Assembly (NCBI GenBank): GCA_016839915.1
Contig: JAEOTH010000151.1
Coordinates: 139 to 64,138, forward strand
Direction of reading: 5' to 3'
DNA: 64,000 nucleotides
Source: Promethearchaeota archaeon
GTDB lineage: Archaea; Asgardarchaeota; Lokiarchaeia; Sigyniarchaeales; SOKP01
The notes under the pieces were generated by a model. The model made no database searches. It was not told where the DNA came from and was given only the letters and a program-made list of their open reading frames with translations. Within the stretch, counting starts at the first letter, position 1, and every line of letters begins with the position of its first letter. Below, in pieces: positions 38,694-48,038 of this stretch. Made by a program: the position numbers and the translations under genes.

Positions 38694-40019
38694 ATGAAGA
38701 AAAAATTCTTAAATAGTCTATTCAGTAATTTTAGACTTATTATTAAAAAAAAAATTAATTTAAAAGAAAAGCAGAGTACTATTGGAAAAATATTGGTATC
38801 CGGCTATTATATCCTATCTAATCTCAAGTTTTTAATTGAAAAAAAATACTTAATGTTAAAGTTTCGATTAGTATATGGTAAATTATATTTTAAAAAATTA
38901 TATTGGGTAAATCCCGAAGATTTACAATATTTTTCAGAGATTAGAGTCGATAAATGGAAGAATTATAATTGGATACTAAATGGAGATTGGGATTTACCGA
39001 AAACATCATTTGAAAACTCTGTTTTCTATCAAGGTTTCAAGGAGAGATTCAAAGAAGGAAAAAATTGGGAATTGACAAAATACTATAAATTTGAAATGTC
39101 AAAAGGTAATGCAAAAGATTTGGATAAGATTAAAAAGAGAATTGTTGAAAAATTTGAAAAATTTGAAAAATTATATTATGAAATTAAGAAAAATGGCATT
39201 AAACCAAAAAACAAACTTTCTATTTCAAAAGGATGGTTTGCACGAACAGATATAAAAACAACTTTAGATAATATATCAATAGATATTGGAAGAGATGGTC
39301 AATATTTGATTTGTCACGGTAAAAACAGGCTTTCGATAGCCAAAATGCTTAATTTTCCGGAAATTCCAGTAATAATAATTATAAGACATAAAAAATGGAT
39401 GGATTTTAGAAGAAAACTAATAAAAATTTTCAAAATTCATCAAAGAGACAGTACTAAAATTTTTTCACACGTTGACCTACAAAATATTTCCTTCAAAAAG
39501 GGTGATATACCCTTTGAGATTTTAAAGGAGAATATTCACAATTCTAATGGTACTCTCCTTAATATAGGTGCAAGGACTGGATTCTTTTGTCTTAAATTTG
39601 AGCAAGAAGGATTTGACTGTTATGCAGTCGAAGAGAATCCAGAGTATTTATATTTACTGAAAAAAATAAAAAAAGTTGAAAAGAAGAAATTTAAGATTAT
39701 TCCTGAATCTATTTTGGAATATAACAAAAATCAAGAATTAAAATTCGACATCGTGCTTTTATTAAATAGGTTTCATCATTATTTAAGATCAGAAGAATCT
39801 TATATGAAATTTTTTGACTTTTTGAGGAGAATCAATATGAAAGAATTACTTTTTTGTTTACCTCATAAGAAAGAAATTCAATATCCGAAAACATTTCAAG
39901 ATTTCGATTCAAATCATATAATAAAGATGATAATTGAAAATTCTTGCTTAAGTGAGTCAATAGTAATAGGTAAAACAAAAAAAGGCCGAGCTATTTATAA
40001 ATTCTTTGGAAAGACTTAA
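38694..40019 (+). CDS. Fusion protein: ParB/Srx-like N-terminal domain + class I methyltransferase-like domain
   Basis: GDWD, LYYEIKKNG...IDIGRDGQYLICHGKNRLSIAK...IPV...RH..W, then LLNIGARTGFFC...YAVE...FDIVLLLN.FHH. Confidence 0.65.
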   Translation: MKKKFLNSLFSNFRLIIKKKINLKEKQSTIGKILVSGYYILSNLKFLIEKKYLMLKFRLVYGKLYFKKLYWVNPEDLQYFSEIRVDKWKNYNWILNGDWDLPKTSFENSVFYQGFKERFKEGKNWELTKYYKFEMSKGNAKDLDKIKKRIVEKFEKFEKLYYEIKKNGIKPKNKLSISKGWFARTDIKTTLDNISIDIGRDGQYLICHGKNRLSIAKMLNFPEIPVIIIIRHKKWMDFRRKLIKIFKIHQRDSTKIFSHVDLQNISFKKGDIPFEILKENIHNSNGTLLNIGARTGFFCLKFEQEGFDCYAVEENPEYLYLLKKIKKVEKKKFKIIPESILEYNKNQELKFDIVLLLNRFHHYLRSEESYMKFFDFLRRINMKELLFCLPHKKEIQYPKTFQDFDSNHIIKMIIENSCLSESIVIGKTKKGRAIYKFFGKT

Positions 40020-40151
40020 TTGAAATAGCTATCAGAGAAAAAAAAAGTTTGGAAATTAGATTCTAGTGAAATAATCTTATATTATAACTAAAAAAAGATT
40101 TATTTTAATGATTATTAGCATTATTTAATAATTGCTTAGACTATTTTAAAT

Positions 40152-41099
40152 ATGACTGGAGAAGAACTCCCCAAGAATGGTGTCATTTATTGTGCGACAG
40201 GTAAAAAATTATTTTTAGATGAAGCAATAATTTCAGTAAAATCATTACGTCAATATAATAAAAACATTAGTGTTTCTCTTTTTATTGATGAGAAAAATTA
40301 TTCTAAAATTGAGCTGGATTTATTCAATTCAGTCCATATAATTAAAAAACCTAAGTATAGTTTTGCTGATAAAAATTACTCAATGAGAAATTCACCTTAT
40401 CAAAAAACTATATATCTGGATTGTGACACTATAATAAACGGTGAAATTTCAGAAATATTCTTAATTCTAAAAAAATTTGATTTAGCTGCAGCTAATGTAC
40501 CCTTTAAAAACCATAATTATAAACCTACGTACTATCAGGCAGGAGTTGTTGCTTTTAAGAAAAACAGAAAGATGGAAAAATTCTTTAATATGTGGGACAA
40601 GAAATTTGAGCTAAGTATCCTTTATTCGGATCAGCCTTCGTTTCGTAATGTAATAACTTCATCTTCAATTTCGATTTTTACTTTACCACCAGAATATAAT
40701 TTTAGAATTTCAAATGCTTCATATATAAAAAATAAAATAAAGATAATCCATAGTCATGAGATAATGTTTATGGATAGTTTAAAAAGAAAAGCTTTAATTG
40801 GTTTTCTTAATAAAAGTTCTAAAGAAAGAGTGTGGTTTCCGGGAAGAGGATTCCGAATGCTTAAAGAAGAATTTAATCTTCAAATAAATTTTTTACTTTT
40901 ATTTAAAGAAATACTCTTCCATAAAATTAGCAAACTTTTATGGAATAAATTTCTAAATAAAAATTTGAAGAAAAAATTAAGGATTAAATTAACTCAATTT
41001 TACCTTCCATGGTTAATTAATTTGGTAATTCCTAAGGAATATAAGGAAAGATTATCATTTTCTTATGAAATGATAAGGACTTTCCAAAAGGAGGTTTGA
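40152..41099 (+). CDS. Nucleotide-diphospho-sugar transferase (GT-A fold, GT8-like)
   Basis: GVIYCATG, SPYQKTIYLDCDT (DxD), QAGVVAF, DQPSFR, LPPEYN.R. Confidence 0.75.
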   Translation: MTGEELPKNGVIYCATGKKLFLDEAIISVKSLRQYNKNISVSLFIDEKNYSKIELDLFNSVHIIKKPKYSFADKNYSMRNSPYQKTIYLDCDTIINGEISEIFLILKKFDLAAANVPFKNHNYKPTYYQAGVVAFKKNRKMEKFFNMWDKKFELSILYSDQPSFRNVITSSSISIFTLPPEYNFRISNASYIKNKIKIIHSHEIMFMDSLKRKALIGFLNKSSKERVWFPGRGFRMLKEEFNLQINFLLLFKEILFHKISKLLWNKFLNKNLKKKLRIKLTQFYLPWLINLVIPKEYKERLSFSYEMIRTFQKEV

Positions 41100-42034
41100 A
41101 GGAAATGGATTTAGATAAAAATAAAATATATGAAATATGCTCTGATAATCTGCCAGATTTTTTAAGAGTAATTGACGGTATGACTTATGAAAGCGAAGGC
41201 ATTTTTAATAGCGAAATGCTATTATTAGTATCCTTAATTAAACATTTTAATGTAAAATTAATTATAGAAAGCGGAAGAGCAAATGGACAAAGCACTAAAG
41301 TACTTGCAGAATATTTCAAAAATCCTGAGTATAAAATTATTAGCATTGAATTTGTCAAATATAGTCCTGAAGTAAAATATTCATATAAAAAATTAAAGAA
41401 TTATAAAAATCTAAAACTATTATTTGGAGATTCTTTTAACCTAATACCAAATCTAATTACAGAAGAATGTTGTATTTTAATAGATGGTCCAAAAAGATTA
41501 AATGCACTAAAATTAGCATTAAATTCTTTTAAAAATCCTTTAGTTAAAGCGATATTAATACATGATATGTATAAGGATTCTCCATTTAGAGAAATCGCTG
41601 AAAAACTCTTCCCAAATCATTTTTTTACTGATGACAAAGAATTTGTTAAGAAATTTAGAAGAATTGATAAAAAAAATTGGATAGATTTAAGAAAATATAG
41701 AGATTTCCGATCCTGGGGGCCATATCGAAGAGGAAAAAAGAAATTTAAAAGTTATAGCTCAACTCTAATGGCTGCATTTAACTATTTAGATTCTATAGAT
41801 ATTAACCAATTCATTTCGCATTCTCATTCTAAGAAACTTATGAAAACCAAATGGAGAGTTAAATATCTTTTAGGTGGATGGCGTAAAAGAATTAAAAAGT
41901 TAATTACTTTCCCAATTTCATATATATTTTATGAAAAAACCATAAATCATGGAAAATCACTGGATTTAAAACGTTTATTTAAACTTTGGTTTAAACTCGC
42001 ATATGAAGAATTTAAGGTTATGTTTAAAAAATAG
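41096..42034 (+). CDS. Putative class I SAM-dependent methyltransferase
   Basis: IIESGRANGQST, ISIE, GDSF, LIDGPK, IHD; overlaps the upstream GT gene. Confidence 0.6.
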   Translation: MKEMDLDKNKIYEICSDNLPDFLRVIDGMTYESEGIFNSEMLLLVSLIKHFNVKLIIESGRANGQSTKVLAEYFKNPEYKIISIEFVKYSPEVKYSYKKLKNYKNLKLLFGDSFNLIPNLITEECCILIDGPKRLNALKLALNSFKNPLVKAILIHDMYKDSPFREIAEKLFPNHFFTDDKEFVKKFRRIDKKNWIDLRKYRDFRSWGPYRRGKKKFKSYSSTLMAAFNYLDSIDINQFISHSHSKKLMKTKWRVKYLLGGWRKRIKKLITFPISYIFYEKTINHGKSLDLKRLFKLWFKLAYEEFKVMFKK

Positions 42035-42184
42035 CTAATTTTCTTTTAAAAAAGGTATCTGGGCTATTTAATTTTTAATAGAATTATTATTTTCATTAAA
42101 GTTCCTAAAAAAGGAACTAGTGATATGGAAAATATTAACTATATACTTCAGATAACTTTTAAGGATTTGAAAAATTAATATTGA

Positions 42185-43510
42185 TTGATCTTGATAATCA
42201 GAAAAATAGTTATAAAAATACAGCAGTTAGTTCTTGAAATAGATGATGATTTGCATTTAATAGGGAAACCGTTAGTTGTTCTATGGAATTTTCTCCATAG
42301 ATTCAAATTTAAAATAGGGAAAATTCTTATGGAGTTAAGTAAACCATCTAAATATAATATTGAAAACTTCGATTCAGATGAAATCAATTGGGTAAATCCC
42401 AAAAAAATACGATATAAATTAATTAACTCATTTGACAAATTACAAAATTCATCTCTTATATTAAAAGGAAATTGGGACAAATCAAAGAAAGCAATTCTTA
42501 AATCAGAAGTATATGTAGCCTTTAAACAGAGATATAAAGAAGGAAAAAATTGGTATGAAACAAAATTTTATGAAAAAGCTTTAAGTGAAATTATAAGTGG
42601 AATAATTAAATTTGGTTGTAATAGTAAAGAAAAATGGGATCAATTTCTTGAAAGTATAGATAATTTATACCATCAAAATTTAAAAAATAGAGTAAAAAAT
42701 AATCTAAATCATTCCTTTGAACAAATATTTAAAAACTATAATATCTCAGCAAATCTAAACAAAATTATTGTAAATATTGGAAGAGATGGAGATATGATCT
42801 TGGTAAAGGGTGAGTTTTTACTATTATTAGCAAAATTCCTTAATATTCCTAAAATTCCGATTAAAATTTATATCAGACATAAAAAATGGATGGATTTCAA
42901 AAAGGAATTATATTATTTTTCTCGTGCTGGAAAACTTTATCAACAACTTAACCATCCAGACTTACTAAATTACACTTTTAAATATGGAGATAAACGTTTT
43001 GATATGATAAAAGAGAATTTATCTATTTTTAAAGGAAAACTTCTAGATATTGGTGCAAACTTAGGATATTTTTGCCATAAACTTGAGGATGAGGGTTTCG
43101 ATTGTTATGCTGTAGAAAGAAACCCATTATATGTTTATTTTTTAAAAAAACTAAAAACTGCAGAATCGAGATTGTTTAAAGTAATTCCAGGTTCAATATT
43201 TCGCTACAAAAAAAATCAAGATTTAAATTTTGATGTTGTATTAGCTTTAAACATATTCCATAATTTTATTGTTAGAAAAAAATCCTTTTTAAACTTAATC
43301 AAATTATTGAATAGACTTAAAATTAAAGAACTTTTTTTCGGAGCTCATCATCCAAGTGAATTTAAAAATGCAAAAGTTTATCAAAATTTCACTCCATCCC
43401 AATTTGTAAACTTTATAATTCAGAATTCATGCTTAACCGAAGCTAAAATAATTGGTAAAACATTGGATGGAAGAATTCTTTACAAACTTACATCTCGAAA
43501 TTCCCTTTAA
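42185..43510 (+). CDS. Fusion protein: degenerate ParB/Srx-like domain + class I methyltransferase (paralog of 38694..40019)
   Basis: WVNP, GNWD, NIGRDG, RHKKWMDF shared with the paralog; LYQQLNHPDL, LLDIGANLGYFC, FDVVLALNIFH. Confidence 0.7.
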   Translation: MILIIRKIVIKIQQLVLEIDDDLHLIGKPLVVLWNFLHRFKFKIGKILMELSKPSKYNIENFDSDEINWVNPKKIRYKLINSFDKLQNSSLILKGNWDKSKKAILKSEVYVAFKQRYKEGKNWYETKFYEKALSEIISGIIKFGCNSKEKWDQFLESIDNLYHQNLKNRVKNNLNHSFEQIFKNYNISANLNKIIVNIGRDGDMILVKGEFLLLLAKFLNIPKIPIKIYIRHKKWMDFKKELYYFSRAGKLYQQLNHPDLLNYTFKYGDKRFDMIKENLSIFKGKLLDIGANLGYFCHKLEDEGFDCYAVERNPLYVYFLKKLKTAESRLFKVIPGSIFRYKKNQDLNFDVVLALNIFHNFIVRKKSFLNLIKLLNRLKIKELFFGAHHPSEFKNAKVYQNFTPSQFVNFIIQNSCLTEAKIIGKTLDGRILYKLTSRNSL

Positions 43511-43557
43511 TTAAACTAATATCTTAAATAATGAGGTTTGTAAAGATTAATTTTTAA

Positions 43558-44568
43558 CTAGTTAATTTTCCAAACTTGAAGTCCATTAGGATCAAAATTA
43601 AAATTAATGATTTTACCACCAATTTTTTCCATCTCTCGCATAACCAAAAATTTTTTTTCAGGTTCACAAAATAACAGTAAGTGCCCACCTCCTCCAGCAC
43701 CTAGCAATTTACCTCCTAAGACACCAAATTTTCTTGAAATTAAATAAAATTTTTCAATTTCTTTTGTAGAGATTTTAGAACTTAGACTTTTTTTAGCTAA
43801 CCAGCCCTTATGTAACAATTCTCCAAATTCGCTTAGCTTACTAATATCTTTAGATTCAATGATACTTTTCATAGAATAAGCAACTTCTTTTAAATCTTGC
43901 ATTACTTCTAAATAGAATTTCTTCTCAATTTTATATCCTTTTAAAACTTCATCCTGAATATCCGAAGAAAAATGTGAACCACCTACATAACACAAAATCA
44001 ATCGGTATTGTAACTCATTTATCATCTCTTTTGTCGTCTCAATTGGAGAGATTTTTACATTATTAGAAAATTCTAGGAAATTAAATCCCCCAAAAGAAGC
44101 AGCAAATTGGTCTTGATATCCACCTTTCTGACATAATTCAATTCTTTCAATTTCATACGACTTTTGAGCAATATCATACTTAGAGAGACCTAAATCATAA
44201 AATTTATCGATAGCCCCGATAACTGCTACCGTTAAAGAAGAGGAACCTCCCATTCCTGAACCTTCAGGTAATTCAGAATAAATTATGATATCAAATCCTT
44301 TTTTAATATTTAAGAAATTTAAAATACCTTTAAATAGTTCAAATTCATCAGAATAATTTCTATCACCGACATTAAATACTATTTGTTTATCTAGATTTAT
44401 TGAAATGACTCGGATTTTTTTATCTGTTCTTGGTTTTAGAGTAATATACACGTGTCGATTAATAGTAGTACTTATTACACATCCTCCATGATCCGTGCAA
44501 TATGGTGCCATATCAGTACCACCACCTCCAAAACTTATACGGAATGGTGCTTTTGAACGAACTATCAT
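43558..44568 (-). CDS. hddA: GHMP kinase, D-glycero-alpha-D-manno-heptose 7-phosphate kinase-like
   Basis: RSKAPFRISFGGGGTD, PEGSGMGGSS, GGYQDQFAASFGGFN, GGKLLGAGGGG. Confidence 0.85.
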   Translation of the reverse strand: MIVRSKAPFRISFGGGGTDMAPYCTDHGGCVISTTINRHVYITLKPRTDKKIRVISINLDKQIVFNVGDRNYSDEFELFKGILNFLNIKKGFDIIIYSELPEGSGMGGSSSLTVAVIGAIDKFYDLGLSKYDIAQKSYEIERIELCQKGGYQDQFAASFGGFNFLEFSNNVKISPIETTKEMINELQYRLILCYVGGSHFSSDIQDEVLKGYKIEKKFYLEVMQDLKEVAYSMKSIIESKDISKLSEFGELLHKGWLAKKSLSSKISTKEIEKFYLISRKFGVLGGKLLGAGGGGHLLLFCEPEKKFLVMREMEKIGGKIINFNFDPNGLQVWKIN

Positions 44569-44930
44569 AATAATTCACATTAAAAATAAGAATATTAGTG
44601 TCATATTCTTTTCATACTAAATCATTAAAAAATTTGATTATAAGAATAATCTATTTTTTTTTAATCATCATTTCCCTAATTTCAACTTATTTTGAATAAT
44701 TTAAATCTCTAATTTGAAAAATCTACTTACTACCTGAGGAAATGGTTATTTGGAGACTCATCTTACTAATTTCTATTTTCATAAAATTTATGAGCCATTT
44801 GTTCTATATTTAACTGATTACCAGTTAAAAAAAGATACATAATATATTGCTGATTAAAGGAGATATACTAGAGAAGTAGAGATAAAAATCACTAGAAAAA
44901 AATCCAAAATAAATCAGATGATAACCCAAT

Positions 44931-45695
44931 ATGTATTTGTTTATAAACAAAAAGCGAGTTTTGGCACATATTAAGAATAGAGGAATTTTTGGTTTTTTTT
45001 TATATCTTTTATCGATAGTGAAAAAGACATTTTATATTTTCTATTTAACATTTAATATCAGGAAATTAAACAAAAATTATACTGCAGATAGCTTAATTGA
45101 TTATGTTTATACTAAAAACGAAGGTCTTATTAAACCAATTCAAATTAGGTCAGAAATTCTAAAATTAATCAAAATCATAAAAAATAAGAAACCGAAAACT
45201 GTGATTGAAATAGGAACTGCACAAGGAGGGACATTATTTCTAATCTCGAAGGCAATTCCTGAAGATTCTCTCATAGTTAGTATAGATTTACCTGGAGGGA
45301 GTTTTGGATATGGATATCCAAAAATTAAAATGCGTTTATATAAATCTTTTTCAAGGCCAAAGCAAAAATTACATCTAATTCGAGCAGATTCCCATAAATT
45401 AAATACTTTGAATAAAGTTAAAAAGATATTAAATAATAGAACGGTTGATCTTTTGTTTATTGATGGAGATCATACCTATGATGGTGTTAAAAAGGATTTT
45501 GAAATGTATAGTCCACTTGTAAATAATACTGGAATTATTGGTTTTCATGATATTGTTATTTCGAAAAAGAGAAGTAATGTCGGTGTTAATGACTTTTGGA
45601 TTGAGATAAAAAAAAACTATGAATATGAAGAAATAGTAGAAAATTGGAAGCAATTGAGATGTGGAATTGGAATTCTAAAAAGGAAAAAAACATAA
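44931..45695 (+). CDS. Class I SAM-dependent methyltransferase (Methyltransf_24-like)
   Basis: VIEIGTAQGGT, SIDLPGG.FG.GY, LFIDGDHTYDGVKKDFEMYSPLV, GFHDI. Confidence 0.88.
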   Translation: MYLFINKKRVLAHIKNRGIFGFFLYLLSIVKKTFYIFYLTFNIRKLNKNYTADSLIDYVYTKNEGLIKPIQIRSEILKLIKIIKNKKPKTVIEIGTAQGGTLFLISKAIPEDSLIVSIDLPGGSFGYGYPKIKMRLYKSFSRPKQKLHLIRADSHKLNTLNKVKKILNNRTVDLLFIDGDHTYDGVKKDFEMYSPLVNNTGIIGFHDIVISKKRSNVGVNDFWIEIKKNYEYEEIVENWKQLRCGIGILKRKKT

Positions 45696-45821
45696 GATCA
45701 ATGAATTCTTGTTTTAAATATCTACCCCATTATTAAAACTATATTAAACTCATTATGTTTTCCATATTTGCATTTTAAATATAGATTCTATTTAAGTATC
45801 ATAATTCATTAGAAGTAATTT

Positions 45822-46955
45822 ATGACTAAAAGAGTTTTAATTACTGGTGGAGCCGGATTTATAGGATCACATTTAGTAGATAAATTAATTGATAAGAAAA
45901 GCTATGAAGTATCTGTTCTTGATATCTTAGAAGAGCAAGTTCATGGAAAAATAGACGTTCCTCCGGATTATTTAAATAAAAAAGTAAAATTTATTCGAGA
46001 TTCTGTAACCAATCATACAATATTAGAGGATTTAGTTGAAGATAGTGATATTATTATTCATTTAGCGGCAATGGTTGGTGTAGGCCAATCAATGTATCAA
46101 ATAAAAAAATATATTGATCATAATATTCTTGGTTTAGCAAATCTGTTTGATGTCTTAGTTAATCGTGAACATAATGTAAAAAAGGTTCTTATAGCATCTT
46201 CTAACACAGTATATGGAGAGGGTAAATATCAATGTAATGCATGTGGGACAGTATTTCCAGAATTAAGACCATTAAATCAATTGAAAAAAAAAGATTGGGA
46301 GCTTCATTGCCCTAAATGTGGATCTAAAGTTAAGCCTCTTTTAACTGATGAGAGGTCCCCGTATAATTCTAGTTCAATTTATGCTTTTTCTAAACAAGCT
46401 CAAGAAAATATAGGTTTAATGATTGGTAATACTTATGGAATAAATACATCTATATTAAGATTTTTTTTAGTCTATGGTCGAAGGCAAGCTCTTTCGAATC
46501 CATACACAGGAGTTTGTACAATATTTAGTACTAGAGCACTATATGGAAAACCTCCAATTATTTTTGAGGATGGAATGCAATCAAGAGATTTCGTAAGTGT
46601 GAATGATGTCTGTCAAGCATTAATTCTTGCTATGGAACAAAATATAGCTAATGGCGAAATTTTTAATGTTGGTACCGGCGTACCAATAACGATAAAGGAA
46701 GTAGCAGAAACAATAACTCAAAAGATCAATCCAGAATTAAAACCAATTTATAATCAGCAATATAGAATTGGTGATATAAGACACTGTGTAGCGGATATTT
46801 CAAAAATAAGAAATAAATTAGGATATTCACCGAAAATATCTTTTAAAGAAGGAATAGGTAACTTAATTGATTGGATCAAGACTCAAAAAGATGACATCAA
46901 GAAACCCTCCCAAAGAGCTATGGAAGAATTAAAAGAAAAAGGATTATTAAAATAA
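45822..46955 (+). CDS. NAD-dependent epimerase/dehydratase with CxxC...CxxC insert
   Basis: LITGGAGFIGSH, HLAAMVGVGQSMY, CNAC...CPKC, YAFSK, QALSNPYTGV. Confidence 0.88.
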   Translation: MTKRVLITGGAGFIGSHLVDKLIDKKSYEVSVLDILEEQVHGKIDVPPDYLNKKVKFIRDSVTNHTILEDLVEDSDIIIHLAAMVGVGQSMYQIKKYIDHNILGLANLFDVLVNREHNVKKVLIASSNTVYGEGKYQCNACGTVFPELRPLNQLKKKDWELHCPKCGSKVKPLLTDERSPYNSSSIYAFSKQAQENIGLMIGNTYGINTSILRFFLVYGRRQALSNPYTGVCTIFSTRALYGKPPIIFEDGMQSRDFVSVNDVCQALILAMEQNIANGEIFNVGTGVPITIKEVAETITQKINPELKPIYNQQYRIGDIRHCVADISKIRNKLGYSPKISFKEGIGNLIDWIKTQKDDIKKPSQRAMEELKEKGLLK

Positions 46956-46988
46956 ATTAGTCTTAAATTTATCAATTTGTAGTTTCAT

Positions 46989-48020
46989 ATGGAAAAAATA
47001 CTAATTTCTGGAGTAAATGGTTTTTTAGGGTCACATTTAACTGATTTTTGCATAAATCGAGGTAAAAAGGTTTATGGTATTGATCTTCCTAATCTTCCTT
47101 TCAAGAACTTAAATCATTATACAAAAGGGAAAATGGAAGAGAAATTGGAAGTATTTGATATTCCCATTCAAATTCCTACTATCAATGAAAATTTAGTATT
47201 GTTAGAGTGTGATTTGAATAACCGTGAATTACTTGAAAAAATAATTCGAAATTTTGAACCTAAGTATACTTTTCATTTTGGAGCACAACCGTTAGTTTTA
47301 CCTTCATGGGAAGATCCTGTAGCTACTATAGAAACAAATGTAATAGGGACGATAAATATTTTTGAAGCAATTAAAAAACAAAAAATTAAAACTCGAGTTA
47401 TAGTTGCATGTACTAGCGCTGAATATGGAACAACAACATCATTAAATAGACCATTGAAAGAATCTGATCCATTATTAGCAGTTCATCCTTATGGAATTAG
47501 CAAAATAGCGACAGAACTACTTGCTCGACAATATTTTATTAATTTTGATATTGAAATTGTCAATCTTAGATTTTTTAATCAAACTGGTCCTAGAAGAATA
47601 GGTGATGCAACTTCAGATTTTATAAGAAAGGTTGCCCAAATTGAATTAGGGTTGTCAGAACCAGTAATTGAAGTGGGAAACCTTAACCCTTATCGTGATT
47701 TTACAGGAATAAAAGATTCGCTTAAAGCAATTTGGTTAGCAGCAACAAAGGGAACAGCAGGAGAAACTTATAATATTTGTTCTGGTAAAAAGATTCAAAT
47801 TCGCCAAATTTTAGATATTGCTCTAAGCTTTACATCTAAGAAAATCGAAATAAAAGAGAATGTCTCAAACAAATTAAGAAAAACAGATGAAGATGTCATT
47901 CTTGGTGATAATTCGAAAATTAAAAATGAATTAGGATGGGATGTTTCAATTTCTATTAAAGAGACTCTAAAAGATATGTTTGATTACTGGTTAGATTATT
48001 ATAAAAAACATGGAGTTTAA
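46989..48020 (+). CDS. GDP-sugar 4,6-dehydratase/reductase family SDR (Gmd/Rmd/DmhA-like)
   Basis: ISGVNGFLGSH, FHFGAQ..V.PSW, CTSAEYG, PYGISK, FNQTGPR, VGNL...RDF. Confidence 0.8.
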   Translation: MEKILISGVNGFLGSHLTDFCINRGKKVYGIDLPNLPFKNLNHYTKGKMEEKLEVFDIPIQIPTINENLVLLECDLNNRELLEKIIRNFEPKYTFHFGAQPLVLPSWEDPVATIETNVIGTINIFEAIKKQKIKTRVIVACTSAEYGTTTSLNRPLKESDPLLAVHPYGISKIATELLARQYFINFDIEIVNLRFFNQTGPRRIGDATSDFIRKVAQIELGLSEPVIEVGNLNPYRDFTGIKDSLKAIWLAATKGTAGETYNICSGKKIQIRQILDIALSFTSKKIEIKENVSNKLRKTDEDVILGDNSKIKNELGWDVSISIKETLKDMFDYWLDYYKKHGV

Positions 48021-48038
48021 GTCTACTTAATAAAGAAA

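Noticed and set aside
39147-39172. GAAAAATTT x~3 in-frame repeat (EKFEKFEKL)
   Set aside because: Short, low-complexity coding repeat with no sign of function.
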